Assembly (NCBI GenBank): GCA_052327205.1
Contig: CM126204.1
Coordinates: 278,566,001-278,630,000 of the forward strand
DNA: 64,000 bases
Source of the DNA: Somniosus microcephalus
Taxonomy: Eukaryota
Direction: 5' to 3'
Part shown: positions 1 through 12,124 of the stretch, one piece after another
How the letters are laid out: every line of letters begins with the position of its first letter
Numbering within the stretch: position 1 is the stretch's first letter
Notes under the pieces: generated by a model
The model's database searches: none
Seen by the model: only the letters and a program-made list of their open reading frames with translations
Told to the model about the DNA's origin: nothing
Made by a program: the position numbers and the translations under genes

Positions 1-50
1 ATGACCCAAAAATCCAGGTAAATTCAGAAAAATCAATTAAAAAAAACTAA

Positions 51-1444
51 GGCCATGATATTGCTGGCACTCAGTGGACCCGATTGGTGCGGGTCAGGTG
101 TGAAATTTAAAATGATCGACAGTGGGTCGGGAACCCGCTGTCAAATGCGCACACCTGCATTTCCCGATGTTGGGTCTGCCAGCGCTGAGCATACCCAACA
201 GGCAGCGGCAGGGGACCCAATTCAAGCTTGTTTACAGCCATTTAATGCTTTTTTCCCCAGCTTTTTGAATTTGACAGGTCACCCACCAGTTTCCCGCTGT
301 ACCAAGACCTCGTCTGTGAAGCTGAGGCGGGAGGTCAGTGGCCATTGAATCAGCTGATGAATTGACAACTTCAAATGTGAAGTCAAAGCTCCCAGCTGAT
401 TAAGAAATGTTCCCTTAACCACTAGCTTCTCTAATTTCCACGACAGGTTCAGAATGTCCAAAGTCATGACACAAGTCTCCATCCAGTCTGATCTCATTAC
501 CTCTCCCACCATTGACAGATCGCTTCTGTTATCTCTACTTCACCTGCCATCTATTCCACCAGCATGGGTGCACTTTATACTGTCTCACCTTGGTCCTCAG
601 GATCTGACATCAGCAACACCAACCTTGTCCGCAATCACCTGATGTTGCACAAGACAGAGGGCATCAGCACCCGACCATATTGCTGCCCGGGAGGCCAGGG
701 ATGGCCTCACCATGGCAAGATTTACTTCACTTGACGCTGCACACCCTGGCTGCCACATGATGTGCCAGGTTAGCACCAACACCAAAACCACATTCCTACA
801 ATGCCCAAGCCATTCCTTTCACACTCATCACCATTGCGGGGGGTACCGTTATGTCTCACCATTCACTGCAACTCACTATGGGGGATGTGATGAGTGGCAC
901 AGCAGGATGAGGTTGTGTGTGACTCTGCAGTAATATTTCATGATCTACTGAGATCATTGAAAGGTTTGCGCCACTGCAGCCAGGTCCTCCAGACAACATT
1001 CTTGCTTGTGCCCTCCTGTGCAACGAGGTTGCGTTGGTCTCCTGGGGAGGTCTCTTCCACCCATTGGAAGGGAAGAGAACCTCCCTGCGTGCTGTGACTC
1101 CCTCCATAAGCATATGGAGGGAGTCATGGGTGAGCCTGGGTGCAGCCCTGAACCTTTGTGCAGTGCTCGTCAGTGTTTGCAGCACCTCAATGCTGTAGAA
1201 CACTGACAGCACAACTGTCAAAGTAAATTTGCGCACGGTCCCTTTAAGGAAATCGGCTGGTGATGCGTCATCAAATGACATCATCAGGCCCGCTACCTCT
1301 AATTGGCTGGGATATGCGCTGGGCGGGCTTAACAAGCCCAATCAGGGGAAAGTCATGTCAGAGGCCGGGATGGAGCCAGCAGCGGGGCCGTGACCCGCCA
1401 CCGACGTCGCCCGCCTCGGACCCAAGGTAGGGAAAATCGCGGCC
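51..1444. mobile_element. Non-autonomous PIF/Harbinger derivative (copy 1) retaining a Myb/SANT-like exon on the minus strand
   Basis: TIRs GGCCATGATATT (51) and AAAATCGCGGCC (ends 1444), flanked by a TAA 3-bp TSD (48-50, 1445-1447). Minus-strand peptide AAPRLTHDSLHMLMEGVTARREVLFPSNGWKRPP resembles the Harbinger Myb/SANT protein. Similar to 3988-8540 and 19629-21344. Confidence 0.85.
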
Positions 1445-2799
1445 TAAGATTTAAGAAAACCAGCAAGGGATTTTAAATTGTAGTCAAGCTAAATGACAAA
1501 CCACAGATCATACAGTTCAGAAACCCCACTTTTATGGGCTCACCATCATACTCTTGCTTGACTTGATAGTTTAGTTGAAACTATAAGTAAAATTGAAGAA
1601 CCTATGTATATTGTTGTGACTCCAGCCACTTACCTACCGCTATGAAGATGGGGCATTAACATTTTTTGAGAGATTATGCACAGGGGAAGAGTTGTAATCT
1701 TGCTTTTAGTAAGCAATGCCTTGGTGTGTGAGCAAAGTCAGCCTCTGATTGATGACCTCAATCTTCAGGAGACTATCAGTGTGGTAACTGCCAGCGCACT
1801 GACATCCTTGCTCCAAAATTAACGAGGAACAAAGGCTGACATTCCCTGTAGTGTAAAGAATATCATCCTTACAACAGTATTTAAAGATAGTCGGGCTACC
1901 CTTAAAATCGTATTGCACGGCATCCATTTCTTTCCCTGCTGAAAATTGGGTCCAGAGATGCAGGGAACTCAGCATTACAAGTGCAGCATGTAACGTGTGC
2001 ACTACCATCACAGAGGTGACGCACCCGCATTTCCAGATTGGATTTTTGGTTAAATAAACAATGGAACATTTCAAGAGGGTTTATTTATATTTTTTTAATA
2101 CAATTTTTTTTTCATCAATTCACCATTCAAAAACAATCTGGTAATTTATCAGTGGAAATCAGTACAAATTGAATGTGAAGCTCCCTAGCCATAATGTATC
2201 CTGTCGTAAATGAAGTAAAGAATTACATCTTCTCAGCAAATAGAAGTTGCCTGCCTTTAACATGCATGATTGAAGAGGATCACTTAAAAAAAGTGTCAAA
2301 AGGATAAATGAAAAAAGTAAGTGAGGAATATAGAGCCCAAGTGTGATGGCACAGAGTTACTGGAATAAGAGAACATTTGCAATCAGAATAAGCAAGCAAA
2401 CTGCTAAATGCAAGAATGTTCAAATATGAAAAACTGTACACAGACTTATAAAGGGAAGCAGTGAGATTTTTCTTCTAATAAACACATTGTACAATGAATT
2501 TACCCAACAAGGCACCAAATAATGGGAATAATTACGCAAATAAATTACGCAAATAAATTAACTGTAAAAAAATGTTTCTTTGCAAACTAAAACCCAAAAT
2601 AATTGAAGGATCAGACAGTGTTCTGAAAGCAAAGGCATTTTCTGCTAAGAAAGAGATACAGGAACTTGGTTCTATCCACTGACAGAGATCAAAGATTATG
2701 GTCTGGCAAAGAAGCAGTACATCTCCACTTAGCATATTTCTTGGTTTGAGGCACAGAGGTACAAGTGACTGCCTTGGTGATCAATGTTATATTTGGTAG

Positions 2800-3070
2800 C
2801 TATATAAAAAGCACATTAAAAAAGGTGGTAGTTGATGTTTTGGGAAGAGGATATTTAATGTTCTTGTATCAGAGGGCCTAATAAAAAGGAGAAAATCTGA
2901 GAGAATTCTTTCCAAAGGAAGTATCTCTTTAAAAGGGGTTATAGACAAACATATGTTAAAGAGGGAAGATTATGTGGAAGTGGTTGGTGCAAATTGCAGC
3001 TACATGACATGGGTTCAGAACCAGTGCAGACTGATGAGATGAAGGTCTTTTCTCTCTACTGTCTGTCTAT
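2800..3070 (+). mobile_element. Old, degenerate CR1 3' end
   Basis: Eroded versions of CR1 3' motifs seen in younger copies here (TCTTTAAAAGGGG..TAGACAAACATATG; AACCAGTGCAGACTGATG..GGTCTTTTCT). Boundaries approximate. Confidence 0.4.
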
Positions 3071-5126
3071 AAGGGTCCTACATGAAATGAGACGAAGCAG
3101 ATTGAACTCAGTTCCTAGCAAGCATGAACCCACAGTTCTAAATTGCCCCTTCTTTGGCAATATCTTTTAGGGAGGCCACAATGATGGTGGACGTGGGAAA
3201 TGGAAATATCCCTTGCTGGTGGGGCGGGGTGCTAGAGAACATTTGTGGCACAGAGCAAAGAGAGTTTACTCTGCAGCTGGCTGTAGTGCACCTCAGCTGC
3301 AGAGTGTTTAATGCCGACACCGAGAGTCTGAAATGTTTCATTTCCCAAAATTATAACCTTTCACTTTGATGAGCGCAAAGTTCACCAAAGGGAACAGAAT
3401 CATCAGTAAATGCGAAACTTAAAAGAGAAAGCACAAATGATCCAGTAGAAAGCATCACTGCCCGAGAAAGACCTGGGTGACCTGGTGTATCATTAGATCA
3501 CAACAAGGCAGCACAAATCTCTGAACTAACAGCTAAGTGTGTACTCAAGTTAGAAGCACTTTATTAGATATATGGGCCAAGATTTCAGCAGCTACTTCAG
3601 AAAATGTTAAAGCCATCCTTCATCATAGCAGGGTCAACACAGTAACTGCTGTCACACAGTGATCCTAAATGAAGTGCTTCTAGACAGAGTGCTAAATTGG
3701 GAATTTGGAGAGGGTGGGAGTCTCTGATAGCTACAGGATAAGTATTAGCTGTAAAAAACAGAATTTAGTTGAACATTTTGAATTTAACCTCGAACTTTAA
3801 AAACTGTAGTTAACAGAAACCGCCTGCCAGTGGCAGTTAACCGTCAGTCAGCTGTAAGTGTTTATCTTGAACAGGTGCTAATCACCAGGAGCAAGGGAGC
3901 GGAGGCAGGACTTGTAACTTGGGTGTGCCTCCAAGTGTATAAAAGTAAACACTAACTGCTGACGCACAGAGTGATCCTAAACGTAGTGGGGGGAATTTTT
4001 CGGGAGGTCAGCGGGCGCAATCGGTGGCGGGTCGGGTGAGAAAATGGGCTTTTTTGACAGCAGGTCGGGACATGGCTGTCAACCCGCCACCATGCACCTT
4101 TCCCAGATGTCGGGTCTGTCAGCGCTGAAGAGACCCGACACGCAGTGGCAAGGGAGGCAATTCAGGTCTTTATGATCTTGTTAACAGCCCATTAAGAAGT
4201 ATTTTGAGCTCACCTTTACATTTTACGAGGTCGCCTATGGGGTCCATGCTGCTCGGGGATCACATCAGGTAAGCAGGTCGGGAGTTGTATGACCATGGAA
4301 TCATCTCATTACTTGACAGCTACAAATATGCTATAAAATTTCCCATCTCACATCTGTTCACTTTCCAAGCTCAGGAGCTGTTGCTAACTGCATTTGGAAG
4401 ACAGATTGAGCTTTATGCAGGTTGCAAGTGTTTGGAGTAAACTCTCTATCCAGTGTCACCTCATTGGAACAACCTCGCTCACCATTGACAGGTCGCTTCC
4501 GTCACCTCAAGTTCACCTGCCATTGATGACATCAGCATCAGTGCCCTTGAAACGATCTCACTGTGGTCCTCAGAATCTCACCACGATCAGCCCCAACACC
4601 AGCAGAATCAGGTACACCTGCAGCACCAACAACACCAACCTTCTCCGCAATCAACTGATGCTACACAGGACACCGGGCATCAGCACCTGACCACATTGCT
4701 GCCTGGGAGGCCTCACCATGGCCAGATTTACTTCACATGACGCGGTACACCCTGGCTGCCACATGATGCGCCAGGTTGGCACCACCCCACACCAACACCA
4801 TAAAGCATCCCTACAATGCCCAAGCCATTCTTTTCACACTCATGACCATTGCGGGGGGTACTGTTATGTCTTACCATTCAATGCAACTCACTAACTAAAC
4901 CACTTCCAAAGGTGCACACAAATCTGTCCAAGAACGCAAAGTGTTGAAAATAAAGATTTTACTGTTTGACAGCACATTAACAGAAACTTCACATGAATAT
5001 TGGCTAAGAGACACAAGTGCCTACCCTTGTGCATTGTTAGTTGGTATGATTGCACTAGGATGAGGGCGAGTGCGAGGGGTGGCTTGTGAGATGGGGAAGT
5101 GATAATGTAGATAGAGAGGGATGGGT

Positions 5127-7908
5127 TGTGAAGGAATAGCCATGATTCAGAGATACGCTGGGTTTAAAAATCTAAAGCCTCAAAGACACAAGTCTCAGCA
5201 GACAATGCTGTAAACAGAGAACAGGCTTCGGAGAGAAAGATCAGCTGATAACAAAGTTGTAAAACACCACAGGCTTTGAAATGGGAACGGGATATTGACC
5301 AAGAAACTAAGACCCTATTGAAAAGCAAAGACTTGCTTCCGAAGAGTCTAGAGTTTGGGTGTAACACAAGTGAGGTGTTAAAAACCAACACATCGAACAG
5401 GAACATAAAATATTGATTAAACCATGTGCCTTTGTAAAAGTATCAAATAAGACAGGAAACACGATTAAATATGCAACCAATTGAGATAGCTAGAAAACAA
5501 GTAAACACACAGTTAAAGTGGTTTTGATTTACATATTGTAAATATAATACCAACAAGAAGGCTTTGAAAATATGACTTGAATAGAGACACCAAGCACTTG
5601 CATTGTGTTTGTATTAAACTTGGAGCAGAACATCAGTGGTTGGGAAATTATTGGAAAAAATTCTGAGGGACAGAATTAGTCTCCACTTGGAGAGGCAAGG
5701 ATTAATTAGGGCTAGCCAGCATGGCTTGGTCAAGGGAAGATCATGTCTGACCAATTTGATTGAATTTTTCGAGGGGGTGACTAGGTGTGTGGATGAGAGT
5801 AGTGCAGTGGATGTGGTATACATGGATTTCAGTAAGGCTTTTGATAAAGTCCCGCATAGGAGACTGGTCAGGATGGTAAGAGCCCATGGGATCCAGGGTG
5901 CCTTGGCACATTGGATCCAAAACTGGCTTAGTGGCAGAAGGCAGAGGGTGATGGTGGAAGGTTGTTTTTGTGACTGGAAGCCTGTGTCCAGTGGGGTACC
6001 GCAGGGATCGGTGCTGGGTCCCTTGCTGTTTGTGGTCTACATTAATGACTTGGATATGAATGTAAAGGGTATGATCAGTAAGTTCGCAGATGACACAAAA
6101 ATTGGTAGGGTGGTAAATAGCGAGGAGGGAAGCCTCAGGCTACAGGATGATATAGATGGGTTGGTCAGATGGGCGGAACAGTGGCAAATGGAATTTAACC
6201 CTGAAAAGTGTGAGGTGATGCATTTTGGACGGACTAACAAGGCAAGGGAATACACAATGAATGGTAAGACCCTAGGAAAGACAGAGGATCAGAGGGACCT
6301 TGGTGTGCATGTACATAGATCCCTGAAGGCAGCAGAACAGGTGGATAAGGTGGTTAAAAAGGCATATGGGATACTTGCCTTCATTAGCCGAGGCATAGAA
6401 TATAAGAGCAGGGAGGTTATGATGGAGCTGTACAAAACGCTGGTGAGGCCACAGCTGGAGTACTGTGTGCAGTTCTGGTCACCACACTATAGGAAGGATG
6501 TGATTGCTTTGGAGAGGGTGCAGAGGAGATTTACCAGGATGTTACCTGGGCTGGAGCGCTTCAGCTATGAAGAAAGGCTGGAAAGGCTGGGGTTGTTTTC
6601 CTTGGAGCAGAGAAGGCTGAGGGGGGACCTGATTGAGGTGTACAAAATTATGAGGGGCATAGATAGGGTAGATAGAAAGGAACTTTTCCCCTTAGTAGAG
6701 GGGTCAATAACAAGGGGGCATAGATTCAAAGTAAGGGGCAGGAGGTTTAGAGGGGATTTGAGGAAAAACTTTTTCACCCAGAGGGTGGTTGGAATCTGGA
6801 ACTCACTGCCTGAAAGGGTGGTAGAGGCAGGAACCCTCACAACATTCAAGAAGCATTTGAATGAGCACTTGAAATGCCATAGCATACAAGGCTATGGACC
6901 AAATGCTGGAAAATGGGATTAGATTAGACAGGGCTTGATGGCCGGCGTGGACGTGATGGGCCGAAGGGCCTCTTTCTGTGCTGTATAACTCTATGAATAT
7001 AAGAATGGGGTCACAATGTCTGCAAAAAACCAGTAAAGCCAATATTAAGAATTGAATGAAGAATCTTTGATAAGAATGACATCAAACAAAAACCATAGCT
7101 GTCATTATTTTTATGATGGTTTTTGGAACACCTAAAAAGGTAGAGAAATAATTATGCATGCAATAGTAGAATTGATAGTAAGAATAGAAAGCATTCGAAA
7201 GAGGTATCAATAAAGACAATTAACTAACATCAGCAGAGAACATCAAAGAAGAAACCACTGCCGAAAGGGTATAAAAATAAGACCTTTTCAACAGAAAAGT
7301 CAGAACACGCTGAACGGGCAAAGCGTTTCTCAACTCTTCAGAGAAATCTCTAAGTCTTTAACTATGAGTCTCGGGTAGTCAAAGTGATTGATTTTGGTGG
7401 ATGTTCTGGATTTAGAAATAAGTAAGAAATAAGAAATGTAACGAAGTAAAGATTTGAAAATAAGGATCTCTGAGAAAGAAGAAATGTAAGCTAATTGTAT
7501 TTTGAATTGTTAATGTTGCGATTGATTCAACAGATGTTAACTGAATGTCGGCTCTTAAATAAAACTATATATTTTTAGAATTGTCTCAGAGTAAATCTGT
7601 ATAAACTCGCAAACCCACAAATTCTGTACACTCTTTTGTAAGGAGTTGCAGAATTCTGGGGGGTATTCTGGACCCTCATAATATCCGGAAGGTTACAGTC
7701 TAGTTCAACTTATTAAAAGTACTATCTGGAGAACAGTAACATCTTCAATCATTCCGTTCCTTTAGGGAGAGATAGCCTGAACCTTTAGACCCATTTAAGC
7801 GTCTTATGGAATTTGGCTATCTCTAACTTAAGTTGAGGGTGAATGTCTGGGGAATACACCTGATCTGGGATTGCCCAAAAGGGCTAGGACTGTAATTATC
7901 CCTTCAGA
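5127..7908 (+). mobile_element. Probable long solo LTR (about 1.4 kb net of the CR1 insert)
   Basis: Interrupts the Harbinger precisely with a GGGT 4-bp TSD (5123-5126, 7909-7912). Inverted termini TGTGAAGG..CCTTCAGA (one mismatch from TG..CA). TATAAAA at 7270, AATAAA at 7558. Confidence 0.65.
5629..6996 (+). mobile_element. 5'-truncated CR1 LINE; uninterrupted RT C-terminal ORF at 5636-6922
   Basis: RT motifs QHG..GRSCLTNL, DFSKAFDKV, SGVPQGSVLGP, KFADD; CR1 C-terminus (RPQLEYCVQFWSP, NFFTQRVVGIWNSLP); 3' tail CTGTATAACTCTATGA. Confidence 0.95.
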
Positions 7909-10148
7909 GGGTGGAGGTGCAAGGTAAGTTGGTGTGAGTAAGGATGTGCAGGAGTAGGGTAGGGAAGGCAGAGTGATGGGGATGTGATGAGTGGCACAGG
8001 AGGATGAGGCTGAGTGTGGCTTTGTACTAACATTTCGTGATCTACTGAGATCACTGAAAGGTTTGCGCCACTGCAGCCTAGTCCTCCTGACCACATCCCT
8101 GCTTGTGTCCTCCTGTGCAATGTGCAACCAGGCTGTGTTGATCTCCTGGGGAGGTCTCTTCCACCCATTGGAAGAGAAGAGAACCTCCCTGCGTGCTGTG
8201 ACTCCTTCCATAAGCATATGGAGGGAGTCATGGGAGAGCCTTGGTGCAGCCGTGCACCTCTTTGCAGTGCTTGTCAGTGTTTGCAGCACCTCAGTGCTGT
8301 AGAACACGGGCAGCAGAAATATCAAAGTAAATTTGCGCACGGTCCCTTTAAGGAAACCGGCTGATGACACGTCATCAAATGACGTCATCAGACCCGCTTC
8401 CTTTAATTGGCCGACAAACGCGCTGGGCGGGCTTAACAAGCCCAATCAGGGGAAAATCATTTTGGACAGTGGGCTGGAGCTGGCAGCGGGATCAGGGCCC
8501 GTCACCAACATCACCCGCCAAAGTTGGTAAAATCCAGCCCAGTGCTTCTAGACAGAATGCTAAACTGGGAATTTGGGGAGAGTGGGAATTCGGAGCAGAG
8601 GGGAAAGGAGGAGCGAGCCAGAGGAGCAGCCGGAGATAAAGGCAGGCCCAAGAGCCCGGAGGGAGAGCAAACATCAGGGAGCAGGATAAGTGACATCAGC
8701 ACAAGGGAGGGAACTGAAGAGGAAAAAACCCAAATTGGTGAGTAGCTGATGGTTGTTCTTTTTTAAGTCTTGAGTTTATTTCTGTTAAGTTAGTTAATAA
8801 TCTATTAAGTACAGATGTGGCAGGGCACCTCAGTCCCATGGAATGCACATCTTGTACCATGTGGGAAATCCAGGATGCTTCCAGTTCTGGGGGAGGTGGG
8901 ACCTGCACAGGCCAGACGGGTTGCACCTCAACAGAGCCAGAACCAATATGCCCTGGGGTTTGCTAGTGCTGTTGGGGAGGGTTTAAACTAATTTGTCAGG
9001 GGGATGAACACCGGGATGTAGCATTAGAAAGGAGAAACAAAGTGCACAAAGGATTGGGAGAGACAGATAGCACTAGAGTAAGAAATAGTAAGGTATTAGG
9101 TGGGGTCAGACTAAGAGAGAACACAAGAAGGTCCAAGACCGGTTTACAGTGCATGTATGTAAACGCACAAAGCATGGTAAAGAGATTGGTGAGCTGCTGG
9201 CACTAATAACCATATGGGATTATGAAGTTGTGGCAATAATGGAGACCTGACTCAAAAAAGAGCACGATTGAGTTTTAAATATTCCTGGATATCAGGTGTT
9301 CAGGAAAGATAGGAGGTGGGGTGGCAGTATTGGTTAAGGAGAATATTACAGTGCTGGAGAGAGAGGATGTCCTGCATTAATAATTAATAAAAAAATGTAA
9401 ATGGCCTTTAGATTCTGCTGTTTGAATATTAGTGTGAAAGCAAGTTACTGGCTCATGTGACATTGCCCTTTCTTTGATCTGCTATTCTAATGGAGGTACA
9501 GTATACCTTTCAGTCAGAGTTATCTGATAACTCAAATTTGTAAACACTGAATTCCTATTTTATAATGTTATTTATGGTACCCAATTCAAAATACTGAATA
9601 ATTCCAACTTCCTTAGCACAAAAATGACTTTAAATTATCAAAAGGAGTGAGGGAGCACAAACTCTTTTAGACACACAGCCGTGTTTATTTTAAAGAGCCA
9701 CATAGATCAAAATAGATTTTTTCCCCTAAATATTTGTTAAAATAACAAAGAAATTTCATAAGGACGCTTTGAGCAATGATAATATTCATGCAGTGTAACT
9801 CAAGGCCAGTATTTTTGACAAATGTCCTCCTTCCCACCCCACCCCCCCAAAAAAGTCAAAGTTTTTTTGCAAATTGAAGCCTTCTACTGAGCATCCAAAA
9901 TATGACAGATAGGAAGGACCCAGAGGTTATAGCAACTGAACTTGTCCTCAAATGCAATCTTTCTTACACTGTGTCCTACAACACTTCTTGGAATACAGAT
10001 ACCCCTTTGACACCTTCCAAAAATCTGAAAGTGGCTGGAAGAGCGATAATTCAGGAGCTCTATAATCTTTGAAGGGAGGCAATGTTGTAAAAATATGCAT
10101 GAGAGCAGACGGAGCACTGGCAAACCGACCTAGAAAATCTTTAACGAT

Positions 10149-10272
10149 AGCAAAATACTGCAGATGCTGGAAATCCGAAACAACAGAAAATGCTAGAAAA
10201 ATTCAGCAGACCAGGCAACATCCATGGAGAGAGAAATAGTCAACGTTTCAGGTCGAAACCCTTTGTCAAGGT
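10149..10272 (-). repeat. Penelope-type terminal-repeat fragment with a degenerate hammerhead-like core
   Basis: Shares the TGCTGGAAAT..CAGCAG..CAGGCA(G/A)CATC..GAGAGAGAAA..AACGTTTCAGGT motif with 49061-49207. Minus strand reads TTGACAAAGGGTTTCGACCTGAAAC. Family assignment is from recall of shark repeats. Confidence 0.55.
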
Positions 10273-10465
10273 AAGCAATCTAGGGAGGAGGGAATATGCC
10301 GGGGTCCTCACTCCTGATCATTATCTGGTGACTATATGTGGAAAGGACCAATGTGCAGGTGTCAAGCGAGGATAGGATTGGGTTCGGCTGTGATCCCCTC
10401 TATAGTTGAATAACTGCTGGCATTTACCGTCTAGGTTCACACACGATATCATGCAAACAACAATA

Positions 10466-11207
10466 GGCCCAGAAATTCGGGTCGGGGGCTTCCCGCGGGT
10501 GCAAGCCCCCGATCTGCACTTACCTTGCGCGCCGGCCGTTGAGCTGTAGGGCCCCGTGGAATTCCGATCCGGGGCCTGGCCCAGCTGCCGGCGCGCAGTG
10601 CTTGCGTATCCCAGGGGCGCAGTTAGTTCGATGCGTCCCCTGGGATCACGTGGGCCATGGGCAGCCAATCGGAGCAGGGAATGCTCCATTCATAAGTCTG
10701 ACAGGGAGTGCTGTCAAGACTTATAAATACTACAGCCCCAAAATAGCACTAAATCTTCAAATAATTTTTTTTTTTAATCACTTTTTTAAATAAACTATAA
10801 ATTACATTTTAAACAATAATTTAAATTTTTGAATTTTTTTTTTAATATTCTAACGGGGCTAAAAATAAACTTACCTTGCTTTAAAGTATTTAAAAATAAT
10901 AAACTTGTGGGAAAAATGTTTTAACTTTAATTAATTCACCACTTACCTTGTAAAAAGCAGGCGCTTTTTACATTTCTAAATTCTGCAGGCTTACCCTCAC
11001 GGGAAAACCTGTAAAAAAAAACGAAGTTTGATGCGCACGCGCAGCCTCCCCCACGTACGCGTTCGACCTCTGAACCTCTTCGTTCAGAGGAACGGAAGTG
11101 CCGGTTTCCCGCGCATGCGCAGTGCATGCAGGAAACCGGCATTTCATTCGAGCCTATGGGCGAGTACCCCGTGCGTACTCACCCGTGGAGACCTGAATTT
11201 CTGGGCC
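10466..11207. mobile_element. Harbinger-type MITE (742 bp), GC-rich arms and AT-rich centre
   Basis: 18-bp TIR GGCCCAGAAATTC(G/A)GGTC at both ends; flanks ATA / AAT (imperfect 3-bp TSD); CpG-rich arms. Confidence 0.85.
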
Positions 11208-11660
11208 AATGTCTGTTTCCAGGGGGTGACTCAGAATCGGAGACAGACAGATCCAACGCTGACCTGTTTGTGGGATACTTTCGCTGACAAGTAGACCCTT
11301 CATCTCCTGCTATTGGGAAGGTACTGGCAGGAAATTTAAAAGGATTACAGGCCCTGCTCCTTTTTAGCTGCAGTGTCTCTTTATAAAGAAAGTCACTCAT
11401 CAATTTTGCATATTCAAAATCAGGCCATGATCCCATCACTGAAGTAACAAGCCAGGTATTTTGAGTGATTTATTAGTTAGGAATCCAGTCCTGGAGTTCA
11501 AATGTCAAACTCCAACAGCAAAGCTCAGCAATCCTTGAACCTTGGTTGACTTCCCCCAACCCAGGGGCTTTCAGGTAAATTGTAGTGCTCGACTGTTTCA
11601 CTAGCTGAAATGAGACAACTATCAGTTTCACAAGCTCAAATCAGTCAACTAAAAGAAATA

Positions 11661-12118
11661 CTTGCATTTATATAGCACCTTTCACAGCCACCAGACGTCC
11701 CAAAGCACTTTACAGCCAATTAAGTTATTTTTGAAGTGCAGTCACTGTTGTAATGTAGGAAACGCAGCAGCCAAATTGCACACAGCAAGCTCCCACAAAC
11801 AGCAATGTGATAATGACCTGATAATCTGTTTTTGTTATGTTGATTGAGGGATAAATATTGGCCAGGACACTTGGGATAACTCCCCTGTTCTTCTCGAAAT
11901 GGTGCCATAGGATCTTTTACATCCACCCGAGACGGCAGACGGAGCCTCGGTTTAATGTCTCATCTGAAAGACGGCACCTCCGACAGTGCAGCACTCCCTA
12001 CTGCATTGCACTGGAGTGTCAGTCTAGATTTTTGTGCTCAAGTCCCTGGAGTGGAACTTGAACCCGCAATCTTCTGATTCAGGTGAGAGTGCTACTCACT
12101 GAGACACAGCTGACACTG
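11661..12118 (-). mobile_element. tRNA-derived Deu-domain SINE with L2-like tail (SacSINE1-like)
   Basis: Minus strand: tRNA-like head with box B (GGTTCAAGTTCC), Deu-type core GGGAGTGCTGCACTGTCGGAGGTGCCGTCTTTCAGATGAGAC, and tail GGTGCTATATAAATGCAAG shared with the L2 end at 63705+. Confidence 0.8.
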
Positions 12119-12124
12119 ATTGCG

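Larger units (their letters stand above)
3988..8540. mobile_element. Non-autonomous PIF/Harbinger derivative (copy 2), carrying a solo LTR and a CR1 inside
   Basis: Termini GGGGGGAATTTT / AAAATCCAGCCC; AGT TSD (3985-3987, 8541-8543). Collinear with 19629-21344 once 5127-7908 is removed. Myb/SANT exon at about 8030-8260 (-): AAPRLSHDSLHMLMEGV..TAWLHIAQE..RTRLQWRKPFSDL. Confidence 0.85.
3640..9375 (+). mobile_element. 5' part of a CR1 LINE (5'UTR, internally deleted ORF1, start of ORF2 endonuclease), split by the Harbinger insertion 3988-8540
   Basis: GTGATCCTAAACGTAGT (to 3987) rejoins GCTTCTAGACAGAATGCTAAACTGGG (from 8544). About 8817 encodes the ORF1 N-terminus VAGHLSPMECTSCTMWEIQDAS, which jumps to the esterase C-terminus DGLHLNR..GEGLN*. 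About 9140-9375 encodes degenerate APE motifs (CMYVNAQS, NIPGYQVFRKDR). Confidence 0.75.

Noticed and set aside
1706-2074. 122-aa minus-strand ORF as a possible host exon
   Set aside because: No recognisable domain, no NMNAT2 similarity and no convincing splice signals.
12020-12118. tRNA gene
   Set aside because: It is the tRNA-derived head of a SINE, continuous with the Deu core; no complete cloverleaf.
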